A stretch of DNA of 63,962 nucleotides, filler included, from Reticulomyxa filosa (lineage: Eukaryota > Protista > Foraminifera), in the NCBI GenBank assembly GCA_000512085.1. It is 13 parts of 13 records of this genome, joined end to end, with 100 filler letters (N's around TTAATTAATTAA, not from the genome) between each part and the next. Parts side by side here need not be neighbours in the genome. Positions count along the whole stretch, not along the records: positions 38,689 to 41,925 come from ASPP01019933.1; positions 42,026 to 51,400 come from ASPP01026427.1; positions 51,501 to 54,185 come from ASPP01001895.1; 10 more parts are not named here. The stretch is one strand, 5' to 3'. The notes below the pieces were generated by a model, which made no database searches, had not been told where the DNA came from, and was given only the letters and a program-made list of their open reading frames with translations. The position numbers were made by a program, and so were the translations under genes. This document shows, piece after piece, positions 38,718 through 53,997 of this stretch (its first letter is position 1; each line of letters begins with the position of its first letter).

Positions 38718-39104
38718 GTCTGTCCATTTATTGTCCTCGTGATAATTGCCAAGAAGGAGAAACTCATGTATTATGGAGACTGAGGCGATCAGAAACGTCA
38801 TTTGCAGAGAAAGGAGGTTTTTTTTTTTTTTTTTTTTGCGTATGCATGTCTTGAACTTTTTTTTTTTTTTTTTTTTTTTTGGGGTGTGTGTGTGTACATG
38901 TTGCGTGATGCAGACTTTGCGAGCGGTAACCCTGAAATGTGGTGCATGAATATTGGCAGCACCATACAATGGCCTGACCAAATTAGTGATGGCGCTCCCA
39001 AATCTTATTCCAACGCAAATGCAGATGTGTACACAAGTGGAGCTTTCCATACTTCCGCTGTGTTTGGCTCTTTGTTGGGCATTGTGTTGATTATGCGTCC
39101 ATGA
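38718..39104 (+). CDS. C-terminal fragment of a possible GPI-anchored/secreted protein
   Basis: Two GC-richer exons (LSIYCPRDNCQEGETHVLWRL..; DFASGNPEMWCMNIG..) ending in small residues plus a hydrophobic tail (TSGAFHTSAVFGSLLGIVLIMRP*). Confidence 0.4.
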
Positions 39105-39840
39105 AGGAGAAATTTCTCTTGCTTGCTGTTTGTATAAAGTAACTTTATGTGTCAATACGGTCGGGTTGGAAATGAGCCTCATCCAACACACACACACACA
39201 CAAAATATCTATGTGGCACCTTTTTTCATTTTTCGCCACGAAATGTTGTTGTTTTTCCATTATTTATATATTATATATTACTTAAAAAATGTAAGAAAAA
39301 GTTCGTTTCAATGCTTTTCATTTCTCTTTTTTTCCTACTCTTTGTTCCATTAAAAAAAACAATCGAACCAGCAAAATGCAATTACAATAAGTTATTTTTT
39401 ACTCTTCAAAATTTTTTTTGTTTCAAAAAATAAAGCATGCATCAAAAAAAAAACTTGTACGTGTGCACGCGTTCTTTTTTCTTTAAATAGATGTCAATAC
39501 TGCAATCACCATAATAGGGCGATATTCCTCTCACAATAAATCCCTTTTTTAAAAATAAATTAAAGATATACTTAAAAAAATGACAAAAATTAAAATGTAT
39601 GCATGTATGTAACTTCAAAAAGTTTTAGACCATAGTTATTGTAGTAGAAACAACATCCCTACATAATTATTTTTTGTGATGTACAATTTATTTTAATTAA
39701 TGAATTTTTTAAAAATATGCGTTAAAAAAACTCGTGCTTTTTTAAAACAGATATTATTGATCTTGAAAAAAGAAAGTTCAAATATTTTCATCTTTCATCG
39801 TTGGCATCAATCTCAGAAATAAAGTAAAGAAATTGAAAGA

Positions 39841-41233
39841 ATGACAACTATAAACAATGAAAAAGATACCTTAACGCAACCGACATTGGTAAACTTCATT
39901 TAATCTTTCAGAGAACTGACTGTACTCATTGTGTATGATTTGTGATTAAACCAGTTAGAAAAAGAAGAAGTTCAATTAATTATTCAACATTGGATTCGAA
40001 TATTCAACATTAAATTGGGATGGATCCATGACTTTGACAAGCTTGTTGTCAATTATGTTATGTTTTTCTGTTAATTTATTTTCTATTCAATAACAAAGCT
40101 TTATTTATATTTTTATTGACTATTACTATTTAACACAGATGAACACCTTCTTTATTTTTGAAGCATTTCGTTCATCATCTAAATTGCTTAATACATTACA
40201 TGGACATACAAATTGGGTAAATAGTATTGATTTTTCGACATTCGATGATATCAAATTACTTTGTTCTGGATCATCAGATAAAACAGTTCGTGTATGGGAT
40301 TTAGAGACCAACAAACAAATTCAATTATTTGATGGACATTTAAACTCTGTATACTGTGTGAGATTTTCACAATATTACTATCATAATAATCATAGTAATG
40401 TAATTTGTTCTTCATCAGATGATCAAACTGTTCGTTTTTGGGATGTTAAAGAGAATCGACAAATAAACATATTCAATGGGCACACTGGCGGCATTTTTGG
40501 CATTGAATTATCACCATTTAATGGTGGTAGATATTTGTGTTCTGGATCAGTTGACAAAACAATGCGTTTATGGGATGTTGAAACATCAAAATCATTACAC
40601 GTTTTCAATGGACATACAAATACTGTTTGGTGTGTGGATTTTTCGCCATTGCAAAACAATAGCAGTGATAAAAATAACAACATGGGTGTGATTGGTGGTA
40701 ATGGATATACACTTTGTTCTGGATCACATGATAAAACCATTTGTATATGGGACATTGAAACAACTAAACAATTGATTGTTTTCAAAGGACATGAAGATTA
40801 TGTTAGAAGTGTAAAATATGGATCAAATAAATTAGGGATTAATGGTGGTGCAAATACAATATTATCTGGATCAAGAGATAAAAAAGTTCGTTTGTGGGAT
40901 ATTCGGTCTGGTCAACAAATTCAAGTGTTCAATGGACACACAAATTGGATCAGAGTTGTTGAATATTCACCATTTGTAGTAAATAATAATGAAATTGGTG
41001 GTAATTCAAATGTAATATGTTCTGGATCATTGGACGATACAATTCGGTTTTGGGATATTAGATCAAATAAGAATGAATTGTATGTAATTAAAGGAGAAAA
41101 AGCAGGTGGTCGTGGTATCCTGTGTCTTAGATTTTTACAGTTAAAAAAGAACATAGAAAGCACTAATAATCGTGGTTATGATATTAATTTGTATTATGGT
41201 TCATGTAATTCTAATATTTGCATTTGGGGATAG
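39841..41233 (+). CDS. WD40-repeat protein (expanded family), complete; 3 exons
   Basis: Short first exon, then a leader exon EEVQLIIQHWIRIFNIKLGWIHDFDKLVVNY, then ~7 WD repeats (GH...SGS.D.T.R.WD). Confidence 0.9.
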
Positions 41234-42025
41234 TATCAATCTGTAATTGATGAATAATATCAACTATCTTTTATTGATTTGTTTCATTTGTAAAGCTTGT
41301 GAAATGATTTGTTTTTCATTTAATTCATTATAATATTTTGGTAATGAGAGATGTTGTTTGTCCTTCAACATTATCAACATTGCAATAGAATTATCTTTGC
41401 TTTTCTATGTCTCCATTTTTAAAAAAATTTAGAATCTGCTTCCCAACATTTTGTATTTTGTTTGAAGCGTTCTTTTCCAGTTTAAGATTGAAAAAATTAT
41501 TTCTTCAGAAGCAATACAACGACGGTTTATGACTTTGTTGTTTAAAAAAAAATTCTGCTGCAAACAGATATACTTCCCGAGTAAAATTAGATGTGATTGT
41601 TTATTATTTTGAGACGAATAGATCATCGCGTTGTAACAGTAAAAAATTACTTATTTTATTTTGGCGTCTCAAAATTTTTATGATTTAACGAGAATTCTTG
41701 CTTTTTTTAGAAAAACAATATTTAAGTTTTTGTTGGAAAAAAAAGGTGAAAGGCTGAACTTTTTGGTTTTATAGTTTTGTTGTTTGCTTTTGCATTTTTT
41801 TATTCGCTTGATCACTTTTGTTGAATATGATTGAAACTACAAAATGAGTTGAGACTTTGAAAGTAACCGCAAAAAAGAAAAAGTTAAGTCGATTTTGCGT
41901 GAACAAAAAAAAAAAAGAATGTTGGNNNNNNNNNNNNNNNNNNNNNNNNNNNNNNNNNNNNNNNNNNNNTTAATTAATTAANNNNNNNNNNNNNNNNNNN
42001 NNNNNNNNNNNNNNNNNNNNNNNNN

Positions 42026-42260
42026 CAACAACAACAACAATAACAACAAAAAACACAAACAAAGAAATTCTTAAAAAACCTTGAAACGTGCTTATGACAA
42101 GGGGGACTTGCCCGGTTTGACTAAGCGAATGTGGAAACAAAGTCCCATTGGGGACTATTTTGGGGGCATATGGTATATCCGCATAGTTTGGGTCATTTAT
42201 GCAATGGTTAGAAAACGATGGAAGAAATCCACTTACATCAGATGATTGAGTTTGAGCCAT
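42026..42260 (-). CDS. N-terminal fragment of hypothetical protein (truncated by contig end)
   Basis: GC-richer ORF starting MAQTQSSDVSGFLPSF..., divergent from BiP. Confidence 0.35.
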
Positions 42261-43042
42261 TGTTTTCAATATCGAAAAGGTCTTGTAAATTATTATTTTT
42301 TTCACAAAGTTTGTTCCCAAAATATTACTTAAAAAACAGACCATATAAAACCAAAATAACACACAAGCTAGATTTGATGCTTTTGTCTTATGGTATATGA
42401 AATGCACTTACAGCAAAAAGCGGTTTCTTTTTGAAGTCCAGTCGGGAAAATTTACTGTTGGACTTTTTTCAAGTCTGAAAGACGTTCATTGCAAAATTTT
42501 TGCCAAAAATAATGTGATGGAAGAATCATCACCCATTTGAAAAGCAAGGGTGATGCTTAATTTTTAGAACAGCACCAATTGCTAACGCTTTTCAATATGT
42601 TTTCATTAAGACTAAAGTTTAAACTATTACCTAAAACGAACTGTATTTTTCCATGGATTATATTCAAGTTCAAGATCCCAAAAAAAAGAAATAATGTTCC
42701 AAAAGGCTTTTGCAATTTGTGTTAATTTTCTTTACATCTTTTCATCCGATCTGTTTTTAATTCTCTTATTTTTGTTTGGTTTTCTCTGAAACTTTTTGCC
42801 AGTTTCTTCACATTGACTTTTCTACAACATTCAATAAACTCTTGAGGTGGACTAATAATTTTTTCTAGTAAAAAACAGTGTGAATATACTCAAATTTAGC
42901 TTTTGCTACGAAATTAAAGAAATCATTAAAAACTGAAAAAGCAAAAGAACAAAAGCACCCCCCTTTTTTTTTTTTGAGCGTTTGGTATCAAAATCTGGGA
43001 GTTTAATTTTTTGTTGTCTTGAAACTAGAACGTGTTCCAATA

Positions 43043-45962
<2,920 letters not shown>

Positions 45963-48900
45963 TCGATGGGATTTCATGTTTTTTTCAAGACACAAATTTT
46001 TTTAAAAATTATTTTATGATAACCGAAATAATGGAAGTTCCAGTTTTTTGATCAATTTGTTGTGTGTCCTTAAAAGTAGCATTTTGTTGGCTTATGGTTG
46101 TCATGATGTTCTCCATGCCCTTTTTTTTAAGCAAATTGAAATTTAAACACCAACAACAAATTCAATACAAAAATATTTTCTTTCGAAAGATAACTTTCTT
46201 TAATTTTTAAAGAATATCAAACTAATCAGAATTTGTCAAAATTCCAGAAGAATCGGGAGAGCTTGTACACTCGTATTATTGTAAACAGAAAAATAAAAGC
46301 AATTTAATGCTAGCTAAAAGAAAACAAAAAAGATATCATAAGTCCCTTGTAATAGTTATTGAGCACCTATAATTGCAATTTATCCAAGTGGAAAAAAACG
46401 GTACGTGCTCTCGCATTACTATTGACTTTTCTGTTAATAAAAAAACTTAACAAAACAGAAGTATTTAACTATGCACATTTTTGTTCGATATTTCATTGAA
46501 AAATTTCATTTTTTTTAAAAGCAACTACTTACAAATACAAAAACAAAGTACAGTTTTTCAACGCATGTATAACTATGTTCTTTTTACTACACCAAAAATT
46601 TTGATAAAAAAAAGTGTAACTCAAGTGCATAGTTCAATGAATTAAAAACATTATTTAATTATTAAATATTAGATTTATTTTAGTATTGATTTAATTATTA
46701 TAACTTTGGGTAAATATAAAAGAATAAATGAACATAAAGTGATATTTTTGATTAGCTGTTGTCAATAAAAAATATTTAAGTATAAAAATATTTTCAAATG
46801 CAAAATATATTATCTTTTGATTGCAAAAATTGTTTTGGAATAAAATAATCAATGTAATTGATAAACAAATGCATTATAAATAAATATCAACTAGACCCAA
46901 AAACAAACACATGTATCGCACTTTTTTCATAAATCAATTTTTGATCAACAAATGCACCATAAATAACAACTAATCTTTGCAAATGCTTTTTTGTGTGCTT
47001 TGATGCTTTTATTTATAGACAATGTAAGAAGAATAATTTACATGCGCCAATGTTTTAGAATATGCTTTTAAAAGATTTGTTTTGTGGAGCGTTCTAAAAT
47101 AACACAGCCGGAGAAGCAAATAATTATTTCATACGATATAACTTTTTTCGTTGAGAAAACAAAACCAAAATACTTTTAAAAAGGTGGTAAATAAAATAAC
47201 CAGAAACTAAGATTATAAAAAATTTATAATTGAAAATTTCCCAAAACATTTTTTTAAAATAAGGCTAACGCTTGTCGTTTCTCCAAAAAAAAAGTAAGTG
47301 CCGATAATAAAATGAACAAACAGTATTGACTTCGAGAGTTTTGCAGCAACACGCAAAAATTCAAAAAAAATCCTTGGTAGATTTTTCTACTCCAACAAAT
47401 AATAGAAAAAAACTCTTATCAATGTACTGTGCAATTCCTTGAACTTGTATCATTGTAGAAGACAAATCAAAGTTTCTTTTTTGTTGTTTCCAGAGAATTG
47501 TTGATTTTTCAGTGGGTTGCCATCTGTGAGTGCATATACATTATATTTGTCTGTACTAACAATGAACAGAGTAATAATTTTTACTAATCAAACAGTTTCA
47601 CTTTTATTTCTTTTTCTTAGTCTTGGAAAAAACTCTTCAATATACTTTGTGCGGTATAGTCTCCATTCAAGGGTACGCAGGGGCAAAAGCACTTTTAGAA
47701 ACTTTCAAAGCGGTGAGAAATGTTCAGATGCTTTCTTTTCAAGCAAACAATAGCAATCACGCATGATGAATTACAAAAAATATCCATCAAAATATAAAAA
47801 ATAAAAAGTATCATAAAGCATTACAGTTATTGACAAAAATTAAAGCAAAAAACTTTTAATCTAACCTTTTTTTTAAGTTATTGTTATTAACTAAGTAGAT
47901 TAAGCAAAGCCTTCAAAGTTGAAAGGAGTTGAAGTAATAAGATGTTGGCATTATTTAGTTTGTTTAAAAATAAAAGACATCGTTATCTTAAAACACTTTG
48001 TCATAATTCCATTTGACAAACATCAAAATTTCAAAAGATATTATTTGTAACTTGAAAAATATTGTAAAAAGAATAATATATTATCGCTAATATTTTAATT
48101 TTTATCTTTTATTATTAAATATATTCCTTGAATATAACATAATATTCAATGTTTAATCTTGTGATAGATTGAAATGTTGAAAATCCTTTTTCCCTTCCAA
48201 TAATTTAAAGAAAAACAGCGATATTGGATATTATACCCACATATGTGCTGAGTACAATGCATTTTTTTGTCATTTCTTCTTTATGAAGGAGTTTAGAATT
48301 GACTATATCGAATGTTGAATAGTATTGCATTGAAAAAGAATGCAAGGAAGTAACTTTTTTAATCTTTTTTTATGATCTAAAAAATTGTATATTTTCTTTT
48401 TTAAAAAAGTTGCTGTAATGATGTCAATACAATAAGTGTTTTGGCAACGTAACCAAGTTATAAATAATCAGGAAAACAACTTGCTTAAAGTGGTGTGGTT
48501 ACTGTGAGTTTTTGGGAAATGGTGCGTGTAATATTTTTATGATGTTAGTTATATTTGAATATTTCTAATATTTATATGATATATTATATTTCGTATGAAT
48601 GCAATTGTAAATCAATTTTTTTTATACAAAGTATAACAACTTTGCAGGAAAACAAACAGTCCACTCAAATTGGTAATATTTTAGAAGAAAAAAGATTTAA
48701 TGAAAAATAAGTAGGATACAAATAAAAGTAAACTTTTGTGTTTTTTTATTTTTATCAAACTTAACTTTTTTTGTTTGTTGATTGTAATTATATTGATCAT
48801 AATGAGAATTAGTCATTCAAGTATTTTTTATTAATATAACAACGCCTTCAAAAATTCTTTAAAAAGAAGTACTTAATATATATGTTAATTAGTGAATGGA

Positions 48901-48973
48901 GATTGTTTCATTTAATTTACACAAAAGGAATCAAACCACTCAAACACATTTTTTTTATTGTGAAAAAACGAGA

Positions 48974-50353
48974 CTATCCCCAAATATGAATTAGACCATT
49001 TATTGAACCATAACACAAATTAATAACACAGCCAGTATTATTATTGTCTTTTCTGTCCTTTTTTAATTCTATGAATTTAAGACAAAATATTCCATTATCT
49101 CTATCGTCTCCTTTGATCACATACAATTCTTTCTTATTTGATCGAATATCCCAAAATCGAATTGTATTATCAGTTGATCCAGAACATATTACGTTTGAAG
49201 TGCCACCAATTTCAATATTATTTACTACAAATGGCGAATATTCAACAGCAAACACAGCATATTTGTGTCCATTGAATATTTGAATTTGTTGACCAGATCG
49301 AATATCCCACAAACGAACAATTTGATCATTTGATCCAGATAATATTGTATTTACTAATTCATTTGATCCATATCTTGCACTGTAAATCCAATGTTCATGT
49401 TTAAATACAGTCAATTGCTTGTTTGTTTGAATATCCCATATTCGAACAGTTTTATCATCTGATCCAGAACAAATAGTATGTCCATTACCACCAATCACAC
49501 CAATACTATTACTTTTATTATCATTATCATTTTTGTTATTGTTATTGTTTTGCAATGGTGAAGTATCAATACATCTAACATTGTTCGTATGTCCATTGAA
49601 AATATGTAATGTTTTGGATGTTTCAACATCCCATAAACGAACAGTATTGTCATATGATCCAGAACACAAATATCTACCACCATTAAATGATGAAAATTCA
49701 ATACAACCAACCCAGCCAGTGTGTTCATTGAATATTTGCAATTGTTTATTTTCTTTGAAATCCCAAAAACGAATAGTTTTGTCACCTGATGAAGAACAAA
49801 TGACATTACGACGATTGTTATAATAATGATATTTTGAAAATTTCACGCAAAATACATAATCTGAATGTCCATTGAATAATTGAATTTGTTTGTTGGCATC
49901 TACATCCCATACACGAACTGTTTTATCATATGATCCAGAGCAGATTAATTGACTGCAATTGAATGTTGAATAATCAATACTACATACAGACGTATTGTGT
50001 TCAGTGAAAGTCTTGAGTAATTTGGATGATGAAAGAAACAAATCAAACATGAAGAATTTAGCTGCCTGCATCAAATTGTGAACATATAAAGACAACAAAC
50101 AAATATTTATAATTAAATAAAATAAAAACGAAAACAAATGAACTTAACATATTTAACAACAATTTTGTTGAAATCCTGGATCCATCCTAATTTAATGTTT
50201 AATATTCGAATCCAACGTTGGATAATTTTTTGGATCTCGTCTTCTTCTAACTGATTCAGTCGCAAGCACAAAATGCATACAAGAAAAAGCATAAGGATAG
50301 ACAGCCTCTTGCAAGATTGAAAAGAAGCTTACAAATGATAGTTGCTTTGACAT
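48974..50353 (-). CDS. WD40-repeat protein (expanded family); 3 exons
   Basis: Leader exon EIQKIIQRWIRILNIKLGWIQDFNKIVVKY plus ~7 WD repeats highly similar to 40139-41233. Confidence 0.9.
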
Positions 50354-51589
50354 TTGTTTTTTGTTTTTCTTCTTGAGCTTTTCTTTGATGATGTAAGCTG
50401 GATCTATTTGAACTTTTTTACCTCAAAATCAATGAAAGGGGAAGTGGTAACAGTAAAAATACCAATGTAATTGAGATTACTGTGGTGAAGTAATACGTAA
50501 CTTGAAGAGCCTAAAAAATGAACAAAAAAGTTTAAAAGTTTATAATTTGATTTATATACACTCCTGCAAAATTTCAAAAATCATTCAGAAATCAAGTCAA
50601 AAAAGATTTGTAATTCCGGGAGTAATCACACTGTGATATCATCTCTATCTGTTTGATCACAATTTGGAAGATAACTCAAATAATATTTTCCTGAGATTCC
50701 AAACCAAAAGCAGGAGCAACGTGACAAACAACTTTTGTTTGAAAAAAACTATCCTTTGCTTGTTTGTCTTTTCATTTCATTTTTCAATTGGATACAAGCA
50801 ATCAACACCATTATACAAACCTACAAAAAAACGATAACACGAATTTAATTAAAACAAAAAAAATATTTGTTGGCAAAAAAGAAAACGGGTTAACAAAAAG
50901 GAAACCTTTTGGGAGGAACTTTTTTTGTGTGTTGTCAAACTTTGTTTTCTCTTTAATATTGTATTATCTTTTTTTGAACGATGATTACATGCGACGTAAC
51001 GACATCAAGAAAGAAAAATTGCAGCAGTTGATGTTGTTCGTGAACTTTGTAACAGGTAAAAAAACATGCACAAACTTGGAGCGAGTGAGGAAAACTTACA
51101 ATAAAATAAAATAAGTGAACGGCTTAGAAATTAGAGGAAATCATAGTAATGTCAAAAAATAACTTAAAACTTTTTTAAAAAATCTGACGAGGTTTTTTTT
51201 ATTAAAAAAAAGACTGAATCGAAATGAATACAGTATATTGCAAAAAACACTTCGATACCTAAATGGCACTATATGAAGAGAATCGATTTTCTACATGAAA
51301 AATAAAGATTTAAACCTAATTTTTTTTTTAAAAAATATCTATTAATCTTGTAGTTTTTAAATATGAAATTGGTTTTATAATAAGTTTTTTCTAGGTTGAT
51401 NNNNNNNNNNNNNNNNNNNNNNNNNNNNNNNNNNNNNNNNNNNNTTAATTAATTAANNNNNNNNNNNNNNNNNNNNNNNNNNNNNNNNNNNNNNNNNNNN
51501 CGCATACAATTAAATAACTCTTAAGCAATAAATTAAATATTCTTCATTAGTAACGCACAATGCAAATTTTTATATTAATTGTGCAATTA

Positions 51590-52060
51590 TTTGGAAAAAT
51601 TAAATTTTTTCTTTTGTCACAATGTTCCTTTTGATAGCCTCCACTGATTTTTTGAAGAAAAGAAATCAATAATTTTTACATCATATATCGTCGAAAGCAA
51701 TATCCTGTATACGAATAATATTATCCCATGAGCCAAAACAAATTGTATATCCATTATCACCAATCACATCAATACTATTTTTTTTTGTTATTTTTATTAC
51801 TGCTTTGCAATGATGAAATATCGACACATCAGAGCATTTTCATGTCCATAGAAAACATACAATGATTTGTTTCCAATGAAAGTCTTGAATAATTTGGATG
51901 ATGAAGAAACATTTCAAATCGAAGAAGTTAGCTGCCTGTATAATTGTACATATAATAAAATAATTATATTCTCACATAACTTAATAATTACTTTGATTTT
52001 TTCTTCTGTTAATGGATAGGTTGAAATGAATGCACCATTGATTGTTGTGTTGATGACATT
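51590..52060 (-). pseudogene. Degraded, internally deleted WD40-family copy
   Basis: Minus strand retains family remnants (SSKLFKTF, VFYGHEN, VDISSLQSSN, DVIGDNGYTICFGSWDNIIRIQDI) with frameshifts and large deletions. Confidence 0.7.
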
Positions 52061-52861
52061 TTTGTATTGATATGCTCTTTCATTTTTTCAATTTTTCATG
52101 CTTCTCTTAAATGAAGAGTACGATGTAAGATTTAAACTTGAAACTTTTTTTTCATAAAGGGGTTTGTCGTTCAAAAACTAACTCACAAGAGATTATTTGT
52201 ATTTTCATCAAATTGCATTTTTGCAATGATCGTTTGAATAATTCTTTCAAAAGCAAGCTAATGTCGATTACAATGACAATGTTTACAATTCTTTCAGTTA
52301 GAACAAAACAACAGCTCGTTTTCAATACTGCAAATAGAGCATCTATTGAAAATAAAGATGATTACGCCAATAATAATATATTCACAATTTTTTCTTTTCT
52401 ACAAAACGCATCAAATTGCAATTTGATTAACATAATGAAATGTGATGCTTATTAGAAAAGAAATATATTATGTTGAAGAAATGTACTTTATTTGATTATG
52501 TAAAAGAATTTTTATTTTTCACAAATACGAATATAACTATTATAAAAATTAATACCACAGCTATGATCATCATGTCATGAGTAAACCATCATTTTTTCAT
52601 CATTACATTCCTTTTTGTGATTTCAAAACAGTCTCAGAATTTCAAATGTTGAATGTACGCACAGCGGTATTTATGGTATTGCATTTTCACTACCTAATGT
52701 TGAAATTTTGTTCTGTTCATTTGCGAAATAAAATACTGATTATTTTGTAAGTTATGTTACGACTTAAACAAAGATCCCGTTTTTTTTAAAAAAAAGTTCT
52801 ATTATTATAAGTTCAATAAGGCATTGTGAATATAGATAAAAAGCAGACTATTTACTCTATC

Positions 52862-53997
52862 ATGGAAATGAATACTGCAGCATCACAGTTGGTAGGTTTT
52901 CGTCTGTTGGACATGTTGCCATTAAACACAAATATACATTAAAAAATAGTCACAAAAACAGGTGACATTGATCGTTCAAAATTGTCTTCGAATTTTGGAA
53001 GTTGAATTTGGATGGATCGACGATTTTGACAAAATTATTTTCAAATATGTTATGCTTTTTTTTTTTAATAGTATTTTAAATGTAAGTTTAAACAAATATG
53101 TTTATAAAACCCACATAACATTAGGCAAGAGATTTTGAACTGTTAAAAGTGTTAAAAGTAGGAACAAACAATATAAGTTTTTCACCAGATGGTCGTACAA
53201 TTTCTTCAATAGCATATGGTGGGAAAATTCAGATATTAGATATTAAATCAGGACAACCAATACAAATTTGCATTGGACATTCAAAGCTAGTTAACGTTGT
53301 AGAGTTTTCAGCAGATGGAAATACACTTATTTCATGTTCACAAGATCAAACAATTCGATTATGGGATGTAAAGACAGGAAAAGAAATAATGATATTTAAG
53401 GGACATTCTGAAATCTGGGATGTACATTTTTCTCCTGATGGCAAAAATATTATATCAGGTTTTTATGATGGTACAATTTGTGTATGGGATATAACATCTG
53501 GAAAAGAGATTCAAAAAATAATAACTTATTCTGGCGGTGTATTAAGTGTAAATTATTCACCAGATGGTAAAATGATTGTATCATCATCTCGAAGTAAAAC
53601 AATAATTTTATGGGATGCACAAACGGGTAAAAAAATAAAAGAATTAACAGGACATTCTAATGCAATATCAAGTGTAGCCTTTTCACCAGATAATCAATTT
53701 ATTGTATCATGTTCATTTGATAAGACAGTACAAATATGGGATGTAGAGTCGGGAAAACAATCAAAAATATTAAAAGGGCATTCGGCAATAGTAACTGATG
53801 TGAAATATTTTCCAGATGGTAATACAATTGTATCTAGCTCTGATGATAAAACAATTCGATTATGGGATGCACAAATAGGAAGTGAAATACAAAAATTGAA
53901 AGAACATTCTGGTGGTGTAAGGGCAATTGATATTTCAAAGGATAATGCGACAATCATATCATGTTCTTTTGATGGTACAATTCGATTATGGGGATAA
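52862..53997 (+). CDS. WD40-repeat protein, FSPDG subtype, with the same N-terminal leader
   Basis: Seven repeats of GHS..V..V.FSPDG..I.S.S.D.TIRLWD; upstream exon IVQNCLRILEVEFGWIDDFDKIIFKY. Confidence 0.88.

Noticed and set aside
40423-41163. Conserved antisense ORFs opposite WD40 genes (also 49044-49823, 53694-54002, 61925-62260)
   Set aside because: Their similarity follows from sense-strand conservation; no independent motifs.
46000-48900. Long AT-rich intergenic tracts (also 36700-38500, 54300-56800) as hosts of ncRNA or tRNA genes
   Set aside because: No tRNA cloverleaf, rRNA or snRNA signature visible by eye; needs tRNAscan-SE/Infernal.
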